NCBI RefSeq assembly: GCF_006345805.1
Contig: NC_042997.1
Span: forward strand, 70,432,001 to 70,496,000
Direction of reading: 5' to 3'
Source: Octopus sinensis
Lineage: Eukaryota
Length of the DNA: 64,000 nucleotides
In this document: positions 1 to 12,890 of the stretch, in pieces
Layout: each line of letters starts with the position of its first letter
Numbering within the stretch: position 1 is the stretch's first letter
The notes under the pieces: generated by a model
The model's input: the letters and a program-made list of their open reading frames with translations, nothing else
Databases searched by the model: none
Told to the model about the DNA's origin: nothing
Translations under genes and position numbers: made by a program

Positions 1-46
1 AACAAGATGAGGACAAATATCCTACAAATGCAAATAATGTAAATAA
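1..46 (+). mobile_element. 3' tail of the tRNA-head/hammerhead SINE-like family (continues off the window)
   Basis: AACAAGATGAGGACAAATATCC...AATGTAAATAA matches the tail at about 1533-1569. Confidence 0.6.
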
Positions 47-1332
47 GGTATCGAGTGTACTCTCGCTAATCTTATTAGGTCCATTTCACGAACAGTTATT
101 TGAATGACTCACATCGATATCTCTAACTTATGTCACGGGAATATTGAACTTTAATAATTTATGAAGTTTATCCTATAAATTGAAAGATATCCCTCAGTGT
201 CTATTGCCTAAAGGGCCGAATGAATGACTTATATCAATGTAACAAGAAATTTCACCGGGCGTGTATCCGTATGGAGACTTTTCGTCATTTAGAAACTTTA
301 CTGTTTCTTATTCTTCTGAAAATTATATATGTTGTGTGTGATATCGAATTTTATGTTGTACATTATAGTATTTCCAGTCCTTCGGCAGAGAATCTCTGCC
401 GACGCAGGGGTTGTAGGAGCTTAGCGCTGGCCCTGCTGTAAACAAATTATGGTTTAGGGTTACAGTTAGGATTAGTATTGAGCGAGTATGGTGTTACTGT
501 AAATATTTACCAAATTTTTATAGTCACAGCTATGTTTATCAGCAACCACCTGATAAGTGTTGGTGTGAATGCGCGCGCGACAAGGCCATACGCAAATTTT
601 GTTTAGAATATTACTTTTACATACTTGCTGTCAATTCATTGGATTAACCCCAGCGTTTTTGGTAACAAAACAATCTCTCTTCTAATTGTATATTGAAAAG
701 AGAGAAAATGTCACCCTCTCTTTTGCCAGAGAAATTAATTTTCCCGGTAAGGACTAAACACATTGCTTCATTATCACAATTAAAAAGCGCTTATCTTTAC
801 TTGAAAAGAAGAGGTGAGGTCGGAGACGTATGACAGAAAATTATTCAATATCGCATTTGCTTCTATGAGAATCGTTTACCTTTAAAACGAGAAAACAAAA
901 CCGACGTATACAAACACGTAAAACATATTTCTGTTTTCTTTCTCTGTTCATCGGTATATGCTGTAGAAATTTTGCCCGCGCACACACTAATACAAAAAAT
1001 TTCCAAATATTTAGATGCTATTTTTGGTTAGTTCATTTTCAGTTTTAGAGAACGGGATGGGGTGGTGAGGTGTGTGTGGGTCAGTTCTGGAGTGCTTCAT
1101 AGAAAATTTGAAATTAAATGCTTTTATCCCTCATATTTTTAATCTCCGTATTTTTCCGCGTAGATTGAAAAAATAGACAGAGAACACCACTGGAAAATAC
1201 GAAAACTAAAAGAAGCAGCACATATGCTAGGACACAACCTCCTAAACAGGCCGAGTGCAGATATGAGTAGCCTATGGGGACCGGTATTAACGAAGGACAG
1301 GAAAATATTAAATTTATAAGCCCTAAAATTCA

Positions 1333-1402
1333 CTCCATAATTGCTTAGTGTTTAAGAGCGTTGGCTACTAAACCCAAGATTCCGAGTTCGATTCCTGAAT
1401 AC

Positions 1403-1435
<33 letters not shown>

Positions 1436-1569
1436 GAACATAATACCTTAGGAATGAGAACCCAGGTTAGAAATTACCCCAAGACACCTAATGAAGGTTG
1501 GAGGGTATATCAGCTGCAACGTTGTGTTAACAAAGCAAACGAGGACAAATACCCGTCTAATGTAAATAA
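1333..1569 (+). mobile_element. tRNA-derived SINE-like element with (TAA)n linker and a hammerhead-bearing 3' tail
   Basis: A-box-like TTGCTTAGTGTTTAAG, B box GAGTTCGATTCC, (TAA)n, then a decayed HHR at 1484-1527 and an AT-rich tail shared with 1-46. Confidence 0.7.
1484..1527 (+). ncRNA. decayed minimal type I hammerhead ribozyme
   Basis: ACAC-CTAATGA-A-GGTTG(10 nt loop)CAGCT-GCAAC-GTT-GTGT; stem I ACAC/GTGT; core has G5A and A13C, so predicted inactive. Confidence 0.6.
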
Positions 1570-1699
1570 GGAAAACAAATTTGGAAAAAAGTAAAAAATT
1601 AAAAATTTAGCGGGGAGGGGTAATTTAAAATTTTGAAAACATGGTTTTTTGTATACTGGGAAACTCCGTCATCGAAAAGATAGGAATCGGCTGGAAAAA

Positions 1700-1835
1700 G
1701 AAAAAAATATGAATAATCATATGGGGGAGGGGCAAGGGTCAAAATTTGACACCTCTAGAACCTTTACCGAGTAATGAAAAGCCTTCATGCCAAATTCAGT
1801 GCAATGTTATCCAGCAGTTTGGCCGTGCATAGAGT
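1700..1835 (+). mobile_element. possible Helentron/HINE-type non-autonomous end
   Basis: CCAAATTCAG...ATCCAGCAGTTTGGCCGTGCATAGAGTACAAAAC resembles HINE/DINE-1-type termini; resemblance only. Confidence 0.25.
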
Positions 1836-2149
1836 ACAAAACAACAATGGTTTCAAATTTCGGCACAACACCAGCAACTTCGGGGAAGCATTTTGTCTGG
1901 CATGGTAACGTTTCTACCAACTGGACGCCTTAGAAATAGTAAATATTGGATCGAAGTTGAAAGAAAAGTTGTTGAAAGGGATTCCTTAATCGGCCTACAA
2001 TAATTTATGAAGTATAATAGAATGTCACTTAGAACAAAAAGATTAAGATGATAAAAATCAGTTGTATATCTAATAATGATGTCTAGGAAAATGAGGAAAA
2101 TTTAACAAAATAGGAAGAAAAATCTATGCATTCGAAAGCTAGAGAAGAT

Positions 2150-2440
2150 TAGTGATGATGCCGTAACTGCAAGAGGAACATATAAATCAACATTGCAGCA
2201 AGTGAAATAAGACAGCACTTTGATTACTACACAAGCATTAAAATTCTTTGGTGTCATCATGAGAGCATAGGACATGGAGAGACGCTTATATTGGGAAATA
2301 CTGAAGAGCCAAGATGCAAAGAGTGGCTGCACATGAGATACTTAGATTGAACAACCCTAGATGTGTGGGAGGAATAAGCCTAATTCGGAGACAGCATGTC
2401 TATGAGTTTGTCAAAATTGATCATGAATTGAGGACACACG
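2150..2440 (+). mobile_element. decayed 3' end of an RTE (BovB-like) LINE
   Basis: frame-broken translation LKFFGVIMRA*DMER..LILGNTEEPRCKEWL..RRQHVYEFVK aligns by eye with the RTE C-terminus LxYFGHIMR..LMLGK.EG.R..W..WR..VH.V.K. Confidence 0.5.
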
Positions 2441-3537
2441 ATATGGGATGTTTATAAGTTTGCATACACACAGACACACACACTCACACGCTGAAACGCA
2501 TACACTCAAACAGACATATGGAGAAAGATATATATTTACGTAGAAATATGTCTGGATACATTCAATATCTTCTAATTGCAAGTACGAGACGTTTACAAAA
2601 AAAAATCATCCACCCACTCAAAAACATATATGCATGTATACTTTCACACGCGTCCATAAAAATTAACCGTTTGCAAATATCTCATATCTCTAAACATAGA
2701 TATGTGCGTGTGTGTGTATGTGTGTGTGTATGTGTATAATCCAGTGAGTGACATAGATACATATATAGTGATATATGCATCTTCATATTTATTCTTAAGT
2801 ATGTATATATATATATATAAACATATATACATTCACACACACACACATACTTATATATACACGAATATATGTATATATTCGCACATGGACATACGTATTA
2901 ATGATTATATATTATTATATACATATCTATAGATGTATAGATTTATATTCATGTGTGTAATGTATAAAGATGATAAAACCCGAAAAGTAGCTTTCGAAGA
3001 AAATACATAAACAAACAAACAAATAAATAACTAAAGAAATAGACAAATAAAGAAATAAATGAATAAAGTCGACCCTCGACCAACAAACAGCCGTCAAAAC
3101 AAACACTGGATTCACAAGGGATTTGACGGAATTGTTTATTGAGATGCTAAGGAGGAGAGAGAGAATAAAATGAAAATATCCGCAAAAGATTGCTTGTGTT
3201 TACGAAATGCTCTATTTGCGTAACATAAAAAAAAATCATTAAAAACACCAAAAACAATGAGAAAGAAAAATACAAGAAAAGATAAAACCATAGCAAAACA
3301 TAAAAGAAATAGTGTCTAATGTAAACAAAAAAATGCTCTGAAGGGAAAAAAGAAATAAACGGGTTAGGAAATGGATGAACTACCTTTTAGATCCTTTGGG
3401 ATTGGGAAAGTAGCAAATCCTTCCACTAGTTTATTCTGTTGACATATTTAGTTGGACAGCTGAGAAATTAATCTGTTCTGCAACAATTCCATTCCATCAG
3501 GTTTTATGTGTAAAGTGTTTGTTACTCTACATATACC

Positions 3538-3568
<31 letters not shown>

Positions 3569-4049
3569 TGTGTGTGTATGTGTGTGTACGTGCGCGCGTG
3601 TGTGTGAGTGTGTGCGTGAGTCTCAGTGAGTGTAGGTGTGTGTCTTCTTTGTCTAAGTATAAATACATATATACGCATATATACATATAATATACATGCA
3701 CGTAAATGCATACATATACGTACACACACACATATTTATATATGTATATACACAAGCATACGTACATATATACAACGTCAATATTTTCATTACGAGATAT
3801 CTGAATCCAGTATCATTATCACTATTTACATTTTTTTTTTGGTTTAGAAAATCCTATTTATAGAAATACTGCTTGTCCTGTCTATAGACTTTCTCTTATT
3901 CTTTCTCTCTTTCTCTCTTCCTCTCTTTTCTTCCTTTCTTTTCCTCTCTCTCCCTTTAAATCCTCCCTTCTTTCTCTCTTTCACACTCTTCTGCTCAGGG
4001 TTACGAGCCAATCGATTTCCAGCGTATTTGTCACTGCTGTGATCTTCCA

Positions 4050-4520
4050 TCGTTGATTGACTGACTTAAAATTTGTATGACTTAACTCATTCACTAATAA
4101 AAAGACTGATTGTTTGTTCTCATCAGTTTTTAACCACATGTAAGTTTCATCCACCAAATCTACAATCAAAGGTTTTCCAGCCAAGACCATCACTTCTTTT
4201 TCTTAGGCTTAGTTCATCTAGTTTTACATAGTCTAATGTGTCTGTCAATTTAATATAATTCGTTGTTGTTATTTAGCGTTTTAGTTCTTTTCAACAAGCC
4301 TCTGATGTAAGGCATTCCAGCTGTGACCATCATGTTTTTCTTTAAGGTATAGTGAATAATGCAGTATATTTTCAATGTGTTCTTCCTGCATGAGGAAAAA
4401 TTGTGATCTGAGGGGCATTTGGGTACTTCTAGGTCAAGCGAGCAAGTAATTGCTCCTTTATATATATTTTTTGAGTCGTTGTAAGACTTCATGTGGTATG
4501 ACAATACTTTGCTAAGCATA
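4050..4520 (-). mobile_element. highly decayed CR1-type LINE RT fragment
   Basis: scattered motifs in collinear order: LSKV..PHEVLQRLKKY, NMMVTAG, EKEVM..WKTF; many stops and frameshifts. Confidence 0.35.
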
Positions 4521-5537
4521 AGGAGAAAGTAAGTGGGGAGTGAGAAAGAACGAGAAAAGAAAATAGTGTATACCAGCTCCTTATGCCTTAACACGTTGCA
4601 CAACTATGTTCCTCTTACGACTAAAGCACCAGAGTCTCTACCATACAAAGAGTTATTTAGTTACAAAGCTTGTGTGTTGAATTGACAGTAATAATCGTCG
4701 TTCTATTGTCATAGTATTTTGTGTTATAAGAGTTAATATCACGTGATGTATTTCATTGACTATTCCTTGTTTTTACAGTTGCATAGTTTAACTGGCCATT
4801 GCCTGATTCTATAATCTAGAGGTTGTCATCTTAGTACGATATACTTTTTGTTATGCTATACTCATATATAGAGTTTCATAATCTAATTTTATCTACGCGA
4901 GTGAATTAACCGAATAAGAATTCGAAACTGTCTAAAATGCTACGATGCTTGCATTCCGTTCATTGTATTCTTTTCGTAATAAAAACGCCCTATTTTATTA
5001 TTAGATATAAATGTATGTACATGATGCATGTATGTATGTAGAAATAGCCCCGAGGACGGAGAAGTAATCTCTCAGCATGCTCAAGTTAAGATAAAAATTC
5101 AAGCGCCAAGTTCAGCTAATTCAAGTCATCAACACCAACATTGACGCTGATGAAATAAAACTATAATTATACTTTTTAACGATCTTGCAGATACTCAGGG
5201 TTAGTGATGCTCGAATTAGTAATTCTGTTTTATTCTCTTAAAGAGCTATTTTGAGTTGATTTAACAATTAGAAATTTTAATTCCGAGAGAAGTAGTTGTT
5301 TTGTTTATAACATTCTAGATTAGGTGGTGTACCTTTAGAGCAGTATATTAATCGTCTATAAAAGAATGAAAAAAAGTCAGAAGTAATGAAGGTAAAAGTA
5401 ATTCTGATTGTCTATGTGTACGGCCATGTGCGTGTGTGCGCGGGAATTTATGCGAGCAAAATACCTGCAAGTGACATATAATCAAGGGTAAAATATAGCC
5501 TTGTAATAGTAATAATAATAATGATATATACATACTG

Positions 5538-5867
5538 CGTGTCATCTTGTGCAAGTGTATTCTGCTATAGCCTCGGGCCGACCAAAGCCTTGTGAGTGGA
5601 TTTGGTAGACGGAAACTGAAAGAAGCCTGTCGTATATATTTATATATATATATGTATGTGTGTGTGTGTGTATATGTTTATGTGTCTGTGTTTGTCCCCG
5701 CTAACATTGCTTGACAACCGATGCTGGTGTATTTACGTCCCCGTCACTTAGCGGTTCGGCAAAAGAGACCGATAGAATAAGTCCCGGGGTCGATTTGCTC
5801 GACTAAAGGCGGTGCTCCAGCATGGCCGCAGTCAAATGACTGAAACAAGTAAAAGAGTAAAAGAGTA
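5538..5867 (+). mobile_element. SINE family B, 5'-truncated
   Basis: GGAAACTGAAAGAAGCC core, internal (TA)n(TG)n, tail GTCAAATGACTGAAACAAGTAAAAGAG; near-identical to 6819-7222. Confidence 0.85.
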
Positions 5868-5879
5868 TACCTGTACACA

Positions 5880-5935
<56 letters not shown>

Positions 5936-6341
5936 GTATATATATATATATATATATACACACACATACATATACACATACAGATATGTAAATATATGTA
6001 CGTAATACTATAATATATTTGTGTCATGATTCTGTCTGCAAATTTACTTGCCATGCTTTCATCAAAGGTAGAATTAATATTACACAAAGGACCAGTGGAC
6101 ATCTTTTTATGTTATCTTGAAAAGACTTTATATCATACATTTCGCAGAATTTCAGAAAGAGATAGTATCAATCAGATGTTTTCGGTATTTAACTCATAAC
6201 ATTAATGAGTTCCCTGAAGAATGTACATTTGTATTTTTACATCTTAAATTGTGTATTAAAAAAAAGTAGGAAAGGAACTACACGTTGCATCATGCGAAAT
6301 GCTATACGTATGAATTTATGAATTGAAGCGTTTCCAAGCTG

Positions 6342-6393
<52 letters not shown>

Positions 6394-6454
6394 CCCCTCT
6401 CTCTCTATTTTTAAATAAACGTGTTTGTGAATGTATTATATATATGCATAAGTT

Positions 6455-6600
6455 TAAATTCCCCTGAAGTCAGCTTTGCCATATAACCTTCCGGGATCGA
6501 TAAATTAAGTATCAGTGAAACACCGGGCTCCATGTAATCGACTTGACTCATCTCCACAAATTTTAGGCATTGTGCCTTCACTAGAAAAGGATTATTATTA
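6455..6600 (+). mobile_element. SINE family A, 3' part, decayed
   Basis: GATCGATAAATTAAGTATCAG...GTAATCGACT matches 35058-35282 and 42314-42529. Confidence 0.7.
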
Positions 6601-6818
6601 CCATTACCTTGTGAGATTAAATTCCGCTAAGAGTAACTTTATTTTTAATCTTTTCGGAGTCTATAAAATATAGTAAAAGTTAAGTACTGGGCATTATGGG
6701 GTATATTTATCCTCAACTGCTAATGCTGTGTTTACAACAGAAATAACTTGTTTTTGTTGTAGTCTAAAAGTTCCTATGATCGTTTGCCTCGGCACCCCTT
6801 CATGTGATATCGCATATA

Positions 6819-7222
6819 GGCGCAGGAGTGGCTGTGTGGTAAGTAGCTTGCTAACCAACCACATGGTTCCGGGTTCAGTCCCACTGCGTGGCATCTTGGG
6901 CAAGTGTCTTCTGCTATAGCCCCGGGCTGACCAATGCCTTGTGAATGGATTTGGTAGACGGAAACTGAAAGAAGCCTGTCGTATATATGTATATATATAT
7001 ATGTATGTGTGTGTGTTTGTGTGTCTGTGCTTGTCCCCCTAGCATTGCTTGACAACCGATGCTGGTGTGTTTACGTCCCGTCACTTAGCGGTTCGGCAAA
7101 AGAGACCGATAGAATAAGTACTGGGCTTACAAAGAATAAGTCCCGGGGTCGATTTGCTCGACTAAAGGCGGTGCTCCAGCATGGCCGCAGTCAAATGACT
7201 GAAACAAGTAAAAGAGTAAAGA
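6819..7222 (+). mobile_element. SINE family B, full length (tRNA head, CORE-like segment, internal microsatellite, LINE-like tail)
   Basis: A box TGGCTGTGTGG, B-box-like GGGTTCAGTCCC, CORE-like ATCTTGGGCAAGT, (AAAAGAGT)n tail; many copies in the window; resembles described octopus tRNA SINEs. Confidence 0.9.
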
Positions 7223-8518
7223 GAGAGTGATTTCATCTGAAAAGATTTAGATTTCTACATTTGAAATTAGTAAAGGTATTTGCAAAGCAAAGGTTTTAAA
7301 AAATCTTTGAATGTTTTCTCCTATTTAGGGAGCTAAAAATATTTTAAACTATACTGCAACCAGCGTCGAAAGATTTTCATTAAATTTTAACGGTTGAAGA
7401 TGGAAAGAGCGTGGCTGATACTCTTGTCATACCTGGTAGCAGTAATATTAAATTGTTATCAGCAATGAAAATTTGCTCGCCTAATATCCGAATGCATGAG
7501 GTATGTATGGTTTTCGACCACAGGTCTTAGTCGAGGTATTCTTGTGGAATAATGGATCACATCAATAGACTGTGATGCCTGACGCGAGGCAAAATGGAAT
7601 TCGTTGTTGATTTCCGCTTCCAAAACAACCCACACTTTGAGTGGGTGTACTAGGAGAAAAACTACAAAACTGGATGTTTTCTCTTAGGAGATTTATTAAA
7701 ATATGGCAGATGTGCTCGCCTTTCTTTTACCAGTTACCTACGAGAAAAGAGTATTAGTTACAGTTACAAATCTGGGGAAGGAGGTGAGTAAGACGGGCCT
7801 ACCTTTTGACAATTTTAGGGTCAAAGCTCTATTAAACAAACTAACGGACAATTTGTTTTCCATGAAGTTGATTTTCCTCGGGAAAGTACTATAAAATATA
7901 AAAGCCTATGCGATGTACGATACATTCCACCTTGTGCAATACTTCACAGAACATATTGGAAAAAGATCTGGCTTAGGCAAGGCATTCAAATTTAAAATAG
8001 CAAACCACTTGACAGAACAGATCCTCGATACCTGGTGTCTGTCCCAAATGTAACCGATATCTAGATTCAGATGCTGAATGTCTCCAATGCACAGCGGAAT
8101 CAGTAGAGAGATGAAATTAAAAGGCCAATTACTGGTAGCGTATCGCATTGGGCAATTGTTTCTGAAGAGTCCTTTCTGAAGGAAGAACTTCATTCGATCA
8201 CTTACTGCAGAAGATTGGTTCGTTGTGAAGCATAAAATAAACTCAAAAAGATCCAATCACTGAAGTTGTCAACTTCATGGTTTTGAAGATGTGCATTACC
8301 TGCACATCTTTCTTTGTGTTCACTCAAAAGAATCTCTTTGTACTGTGGGAAACGGACCTGTTACTTATGTAGTGTGATTCTCCGTCTATGTGTTATACTT
8401 GTCTGTCCTATATAGTTATGCCCACAACCTGAACAAGTTATAGCATAATTTAGATTCTAGTAAGCACAAGTGAAGTTGTTTTTAATTTTGAACCTCTCTC
8501 CTTGCTGTATATATATAT

Positions 8519-8544
<26 letters not shown>

Positions 8545-8551
<7 letters not shown>

Positions 8552-8735
8552 CACGCATTTTTTTCTCTCCTTCTTTCTGTGTTTTTCTCGCTCTGTGTAT
8601 CTTTCTGTTGAAGAGCGTAGGCTCGAAACGTTAAAGACTTGTTTTATTTATATTTCCTGAGCGCCATACTAATACAATTGTTCGTTTGTTTTCCACCTGC
8701 CTTCGTCTTTTGTTTATTTTCATAAAGCTTCCCGT
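8545..8735 (+). mobile_element. Penelope-like pseudo-LTR fragment with hammerhead remnant (8600-8637)
   Basis: TCTTT-CTGTTGA-A-GAGC(gtag)GCTC-GAAAC-GTT-AAAGA; 5 bp stem I, 4 bp stem II, A6U core change; similar motifs at 33564 and 39074. Confidence 0.65.
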
Positions 8736-8767
<32 letters not shown>

Positions 8768-8877
8768 TATATATAAACAGTCTACGAGAATGAGAAAATT
8801 TTGATTACCATTTATTCTCCATTATAAGTGTCTCATTTTCTGATTGGGATCACAAAGTCTTATATGTTATATAGATA

Positions 8878-8972
8878 GGCGCATGCGTGGTTGTATGATG
8901 AGAAGACTAAAACCTTGCTATCGATTTGTTATACGGAAACTGAAATGACTCCTTTGTATATACATATATATA

Positions 8973-9017
<45 letters not shown>

Positions 9018-9273
9018 TATATTATATATATATATATGTGTGTGTGGTGTGTGTGTGTGTGGTGTGTGTGTGTGTGTGTATGAGTTTGTCCCTTTACCAT
9101 CTCTTGACATCTACGTTGGTGTGTAGCTTCGACGTTCGACAAAATAAACCGATAGAATTAGTATTAGGCTCACAAAGCACAATTAGTGGGGTCGATTTCT
9201 ATTAACAATCATTCAGCGGTGCTCCAATATGGCCGTAGTAAAATCATTGAAACATGTAAAAGAATAAAAGAAT
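8878..9273 (+). mobile_element. SINE family B, decayed
   Basis: ACGGAAACTGAAA core, internal microsatellite, GCGGTGCTCCAATATGGCCGTAGT...GAAACATGTAAAAGAATAAAAGAA tail. Confidence 0.7.
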
Positions 9274-9401
9274 ACGTATGTAAGGTTTAGAGAAATCGCG
9301 AGACAGAAAATTTTAATAATGGATACCTTGGTTCTAATAATGGAATAAGCAGATGTATCTGTAAAGGAAATAGCTGAAATTTGCCCTACAATCATATATA
9401 C

Positions 9402-9454
<53 letters not shown>

Positions 9455-9574
9455 CATACATACATCATACATACATACATTCATACCAAATATACGAACA
9501 TGTACATACGCATATACACACGTGTATGCATGTATATGTGTGTATATATATATAGGCATATATTTGTATATATT

Positions 9575-9630
<56 letters not shown>

Positions 9631-10369
9631 GATAGATAGATAGATATAGATATAGATATAGATATACATATTCATATAATATATACAGGCTAGTATATAG
9701 GCCACAACATAAATATATAGACATATATAGATACAGGCTAGTGTATATATATATATCTTTGTATATATACGTACACACACATGCACACACATAAGTATGT
9801 CTATGTGCGCGTGTGTATGTATGTATGAATGTGTATGAATCTATGTATGACTATAGATTATATACACATATCCGTTTTATTAATGATATCTTTTGCGTAT
9901 CACAAGGAATCGTTTGATCAGGTTTTATATTATTTTACTTTAGTGGTCATACACACACACTGGAAGAGACCCCCCTCCGGACCGAGTAGCTGCATTGTAG
10001 GTTGTATACCCCTCTCCGTTGATTAAGCGCCAGATGCCCATATAATGGGTTTACAGTCAAAGGGGTCAGAACATTAGTTCTCTTTTGTCTTCCGTTTATT
10101 TTTAACCCTTTCACTTTTTACATCCACCTTCCTCTCGTTTTTCCTCTTGATTTTTATTTTCTGTCACCCCGATTTGAAACTTGTATAGGACATATGCACA
10201 GCGCCTGACGATTACTTGGAGACACTAGGTTTGTTAAAAACCTGTGTACATAACGTCTCTCATGTATGCAGCTACTAGTAGCTCATAATTATATACAATG
10301 CACATTGAACGATATTTATCTCTCACCCGATGGATTACTTTTTTGTTGCAACCAAGTAGATCTTCGACC

Positions 10370-11700
10370 CCACAAGGTCATCAGTGGACGGCCTGAAGAA
10401 TGCAGCTGGCTCTACGATAACCGACACCCAGGGAATCCTCGATCGTTGGAAGTCCCATTTCGAGTGCCTACTTATCGACCATTCACGCACTCCTGACGAT
10501 CTCCTCCAAAACAGCCTACTGCTCCCCATCCGCCACCCTCACACTATGAGTAGAACAAGGCACTTGCGCACATAAAGCTGGGGAAAGCTCCAGGACCAGA
10601 CACCATTCCGCTTGAATTTTTCACGCACGGTGGTCTCAGCTGAGAAATCATCTGATGCTTCTTATCTTCAAGAGCTGGGAAAGCAAAACCACACTAAAGG
10701 GAGACCAAGAGGATTGCAACAACTACCAGGGCATCTCATTCCTGAGTATTACAAGTAAGATCTTCACCCGAATCCTATTCAATCGCCTCCTCATCCTCGC
10801 GGAAGACCTGATCTCTGGCTCCCAGTCTGTCTTTCGATCCTCTCGAGGCACAATCGACATTACCTTTTGTGCCCGTCAACAGCCTGCAATGTTCATGTAG
10901 GCCGTCCTTGCCCGGACTGGATGCCGGGAGGACTTCATTACCCAGGGCCGCTTCCTCCACGACGGCATGGTGAGTAGGGCATGCCGTCAAAATGTCCTCA
11001 TAGACCCGTTTCCCATGACTAAGGGTCTTAAGCAAGGATGTTTCGTTGCACCAACCTGTTTCTCTTTGGACATAGCCGACATTGTCCTGTCAACTTTACG
11101 CTTGTAAGACTTGGTCGTTGTACCGCCGTGACTTAAAGTGCCTTGAATGCTTCCAGCAATCGAGGCTACGACAGATCTTCAACATACAATTAGATCACGT
11201 TACCAACAATGAGGTTCTTCGCTGTGCCTCACTACCAAGTGTCAAAGCCACCATTCTTCGCCATCACCTCCGCTGGGCAGGTTACGTCCAGCGTATGGAG
11301 CCCTCTCGTCTCCCAAGTATCATACTCTACGGAGAACTTACAATCGGAGCAAGACCTAGAGGAGGTCCGAAATTCCGTTTTAAAGGCCAATTCAAGCATA
11401 CTTTGGCTTAAGCTAACATCCAACCATCCCCAAGGGGACAGATTGCCACGGATATGGAAACCTGGAGGACTGCTATCCGGAATGGAGCCAGATCCTTTAA
11501 GCAGAACAGAAAACAGAATAAGGATGCAGAAAGGAGTGTCTGCAATATCCTTGACCTGCACCGACAGTTCCGTTCAAGTTCTGCCCACGACTCTTCCACC
11601 ACCGACTCGGACTCCAAAGTCACTTTCGGCACAAGCATTAGCCGAGGAGACTGGATGGAAACTGACGAACCCAATATTCGGATACGAGCTGGAGCCGACA
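10370..11700 (+). mobile_element. RTE-clade LINE, 5'-truncated and internally deleted (RT plus C-terminus)
   Basis: KAGKAPGPDTIP, CNNYQGISFLSITSKIFTRIL, RGTIDITFCARQ, FHDGM..KGLKQGC, LYACKTWSLY, LRWAGYVQRMEPSRLPSIILYGEL..RPRGGPKFRFK; two large in-domain deletions. Confidence 0.92.
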
Positions 11701-11710
11701 TATATCTGTA

Positions 11711-12283
<573 letters not shown>

Positions 12284-12739
12284 ATTCATTTCTCTCTGTT
12301 TAATGCTTCGGTTTTCACCGATAAAACATAGTGTTTGTCAATTTTAACCCACGCTGGTGGAAAGGGGAGAGCAGAAATTCTTCGCTTGAATATTTTGAAT
12401 TTGATAGCACTTTTAGTTCGAGCGGAATTCTAGAGGTGATAAGAAGCCAAAAGGGTATGCTCCCACTTTCAGTGTTCCCAAATCCGAATCAAGGAGTTCT
12501 GAGGTGACGAAAGAAATGTCGATTTGACTAATTTAGAAACGTACGTTCTCAAATAACCTTTGCACTTGATTTTTTTTAATGTTTTTTCCCCCATACCTTT
12601 GTGAGGTGGTTTGAGCAAACACTATCTGAGAGAGATCTTCTTTAAGTATTAGAAATAGCTAAATAAATTTCTTTATCTGCTATTTCTAATGAGTCAGTAG
12701 TGGCAAAGTAATTTATTTTACTAAGCCTTATATATAATG

Positions 12740-12787
<48 letters not shown>

Positions 12788-12853
12788 TATATATATATAA
12801 TATATATATATATATATAATATATTATATTATATATATATATATATAAGATAT

Positions 12854-12890
<37 letters not shown>

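Noticed and set aside
6819-6890. tRNA-like A/B-box sequences (also at 1333, 35058, 42314, 46042)
   Set aside because: No complete cloverleaf, and each runs into a SINE body; these are SINE heads, not tRNA genes.
7395-7500. Possible exon ending GAG/GTATGT
   Set aside because: Upstream in-frame stop, no clear acceptor and no recognisable product.
12495-12560. CTGAGGTGACGAAA and GAAACGTACGTTC in the 558 bp unit
   Set aside because: A9 is absent and no consistent stem I or II can be built.
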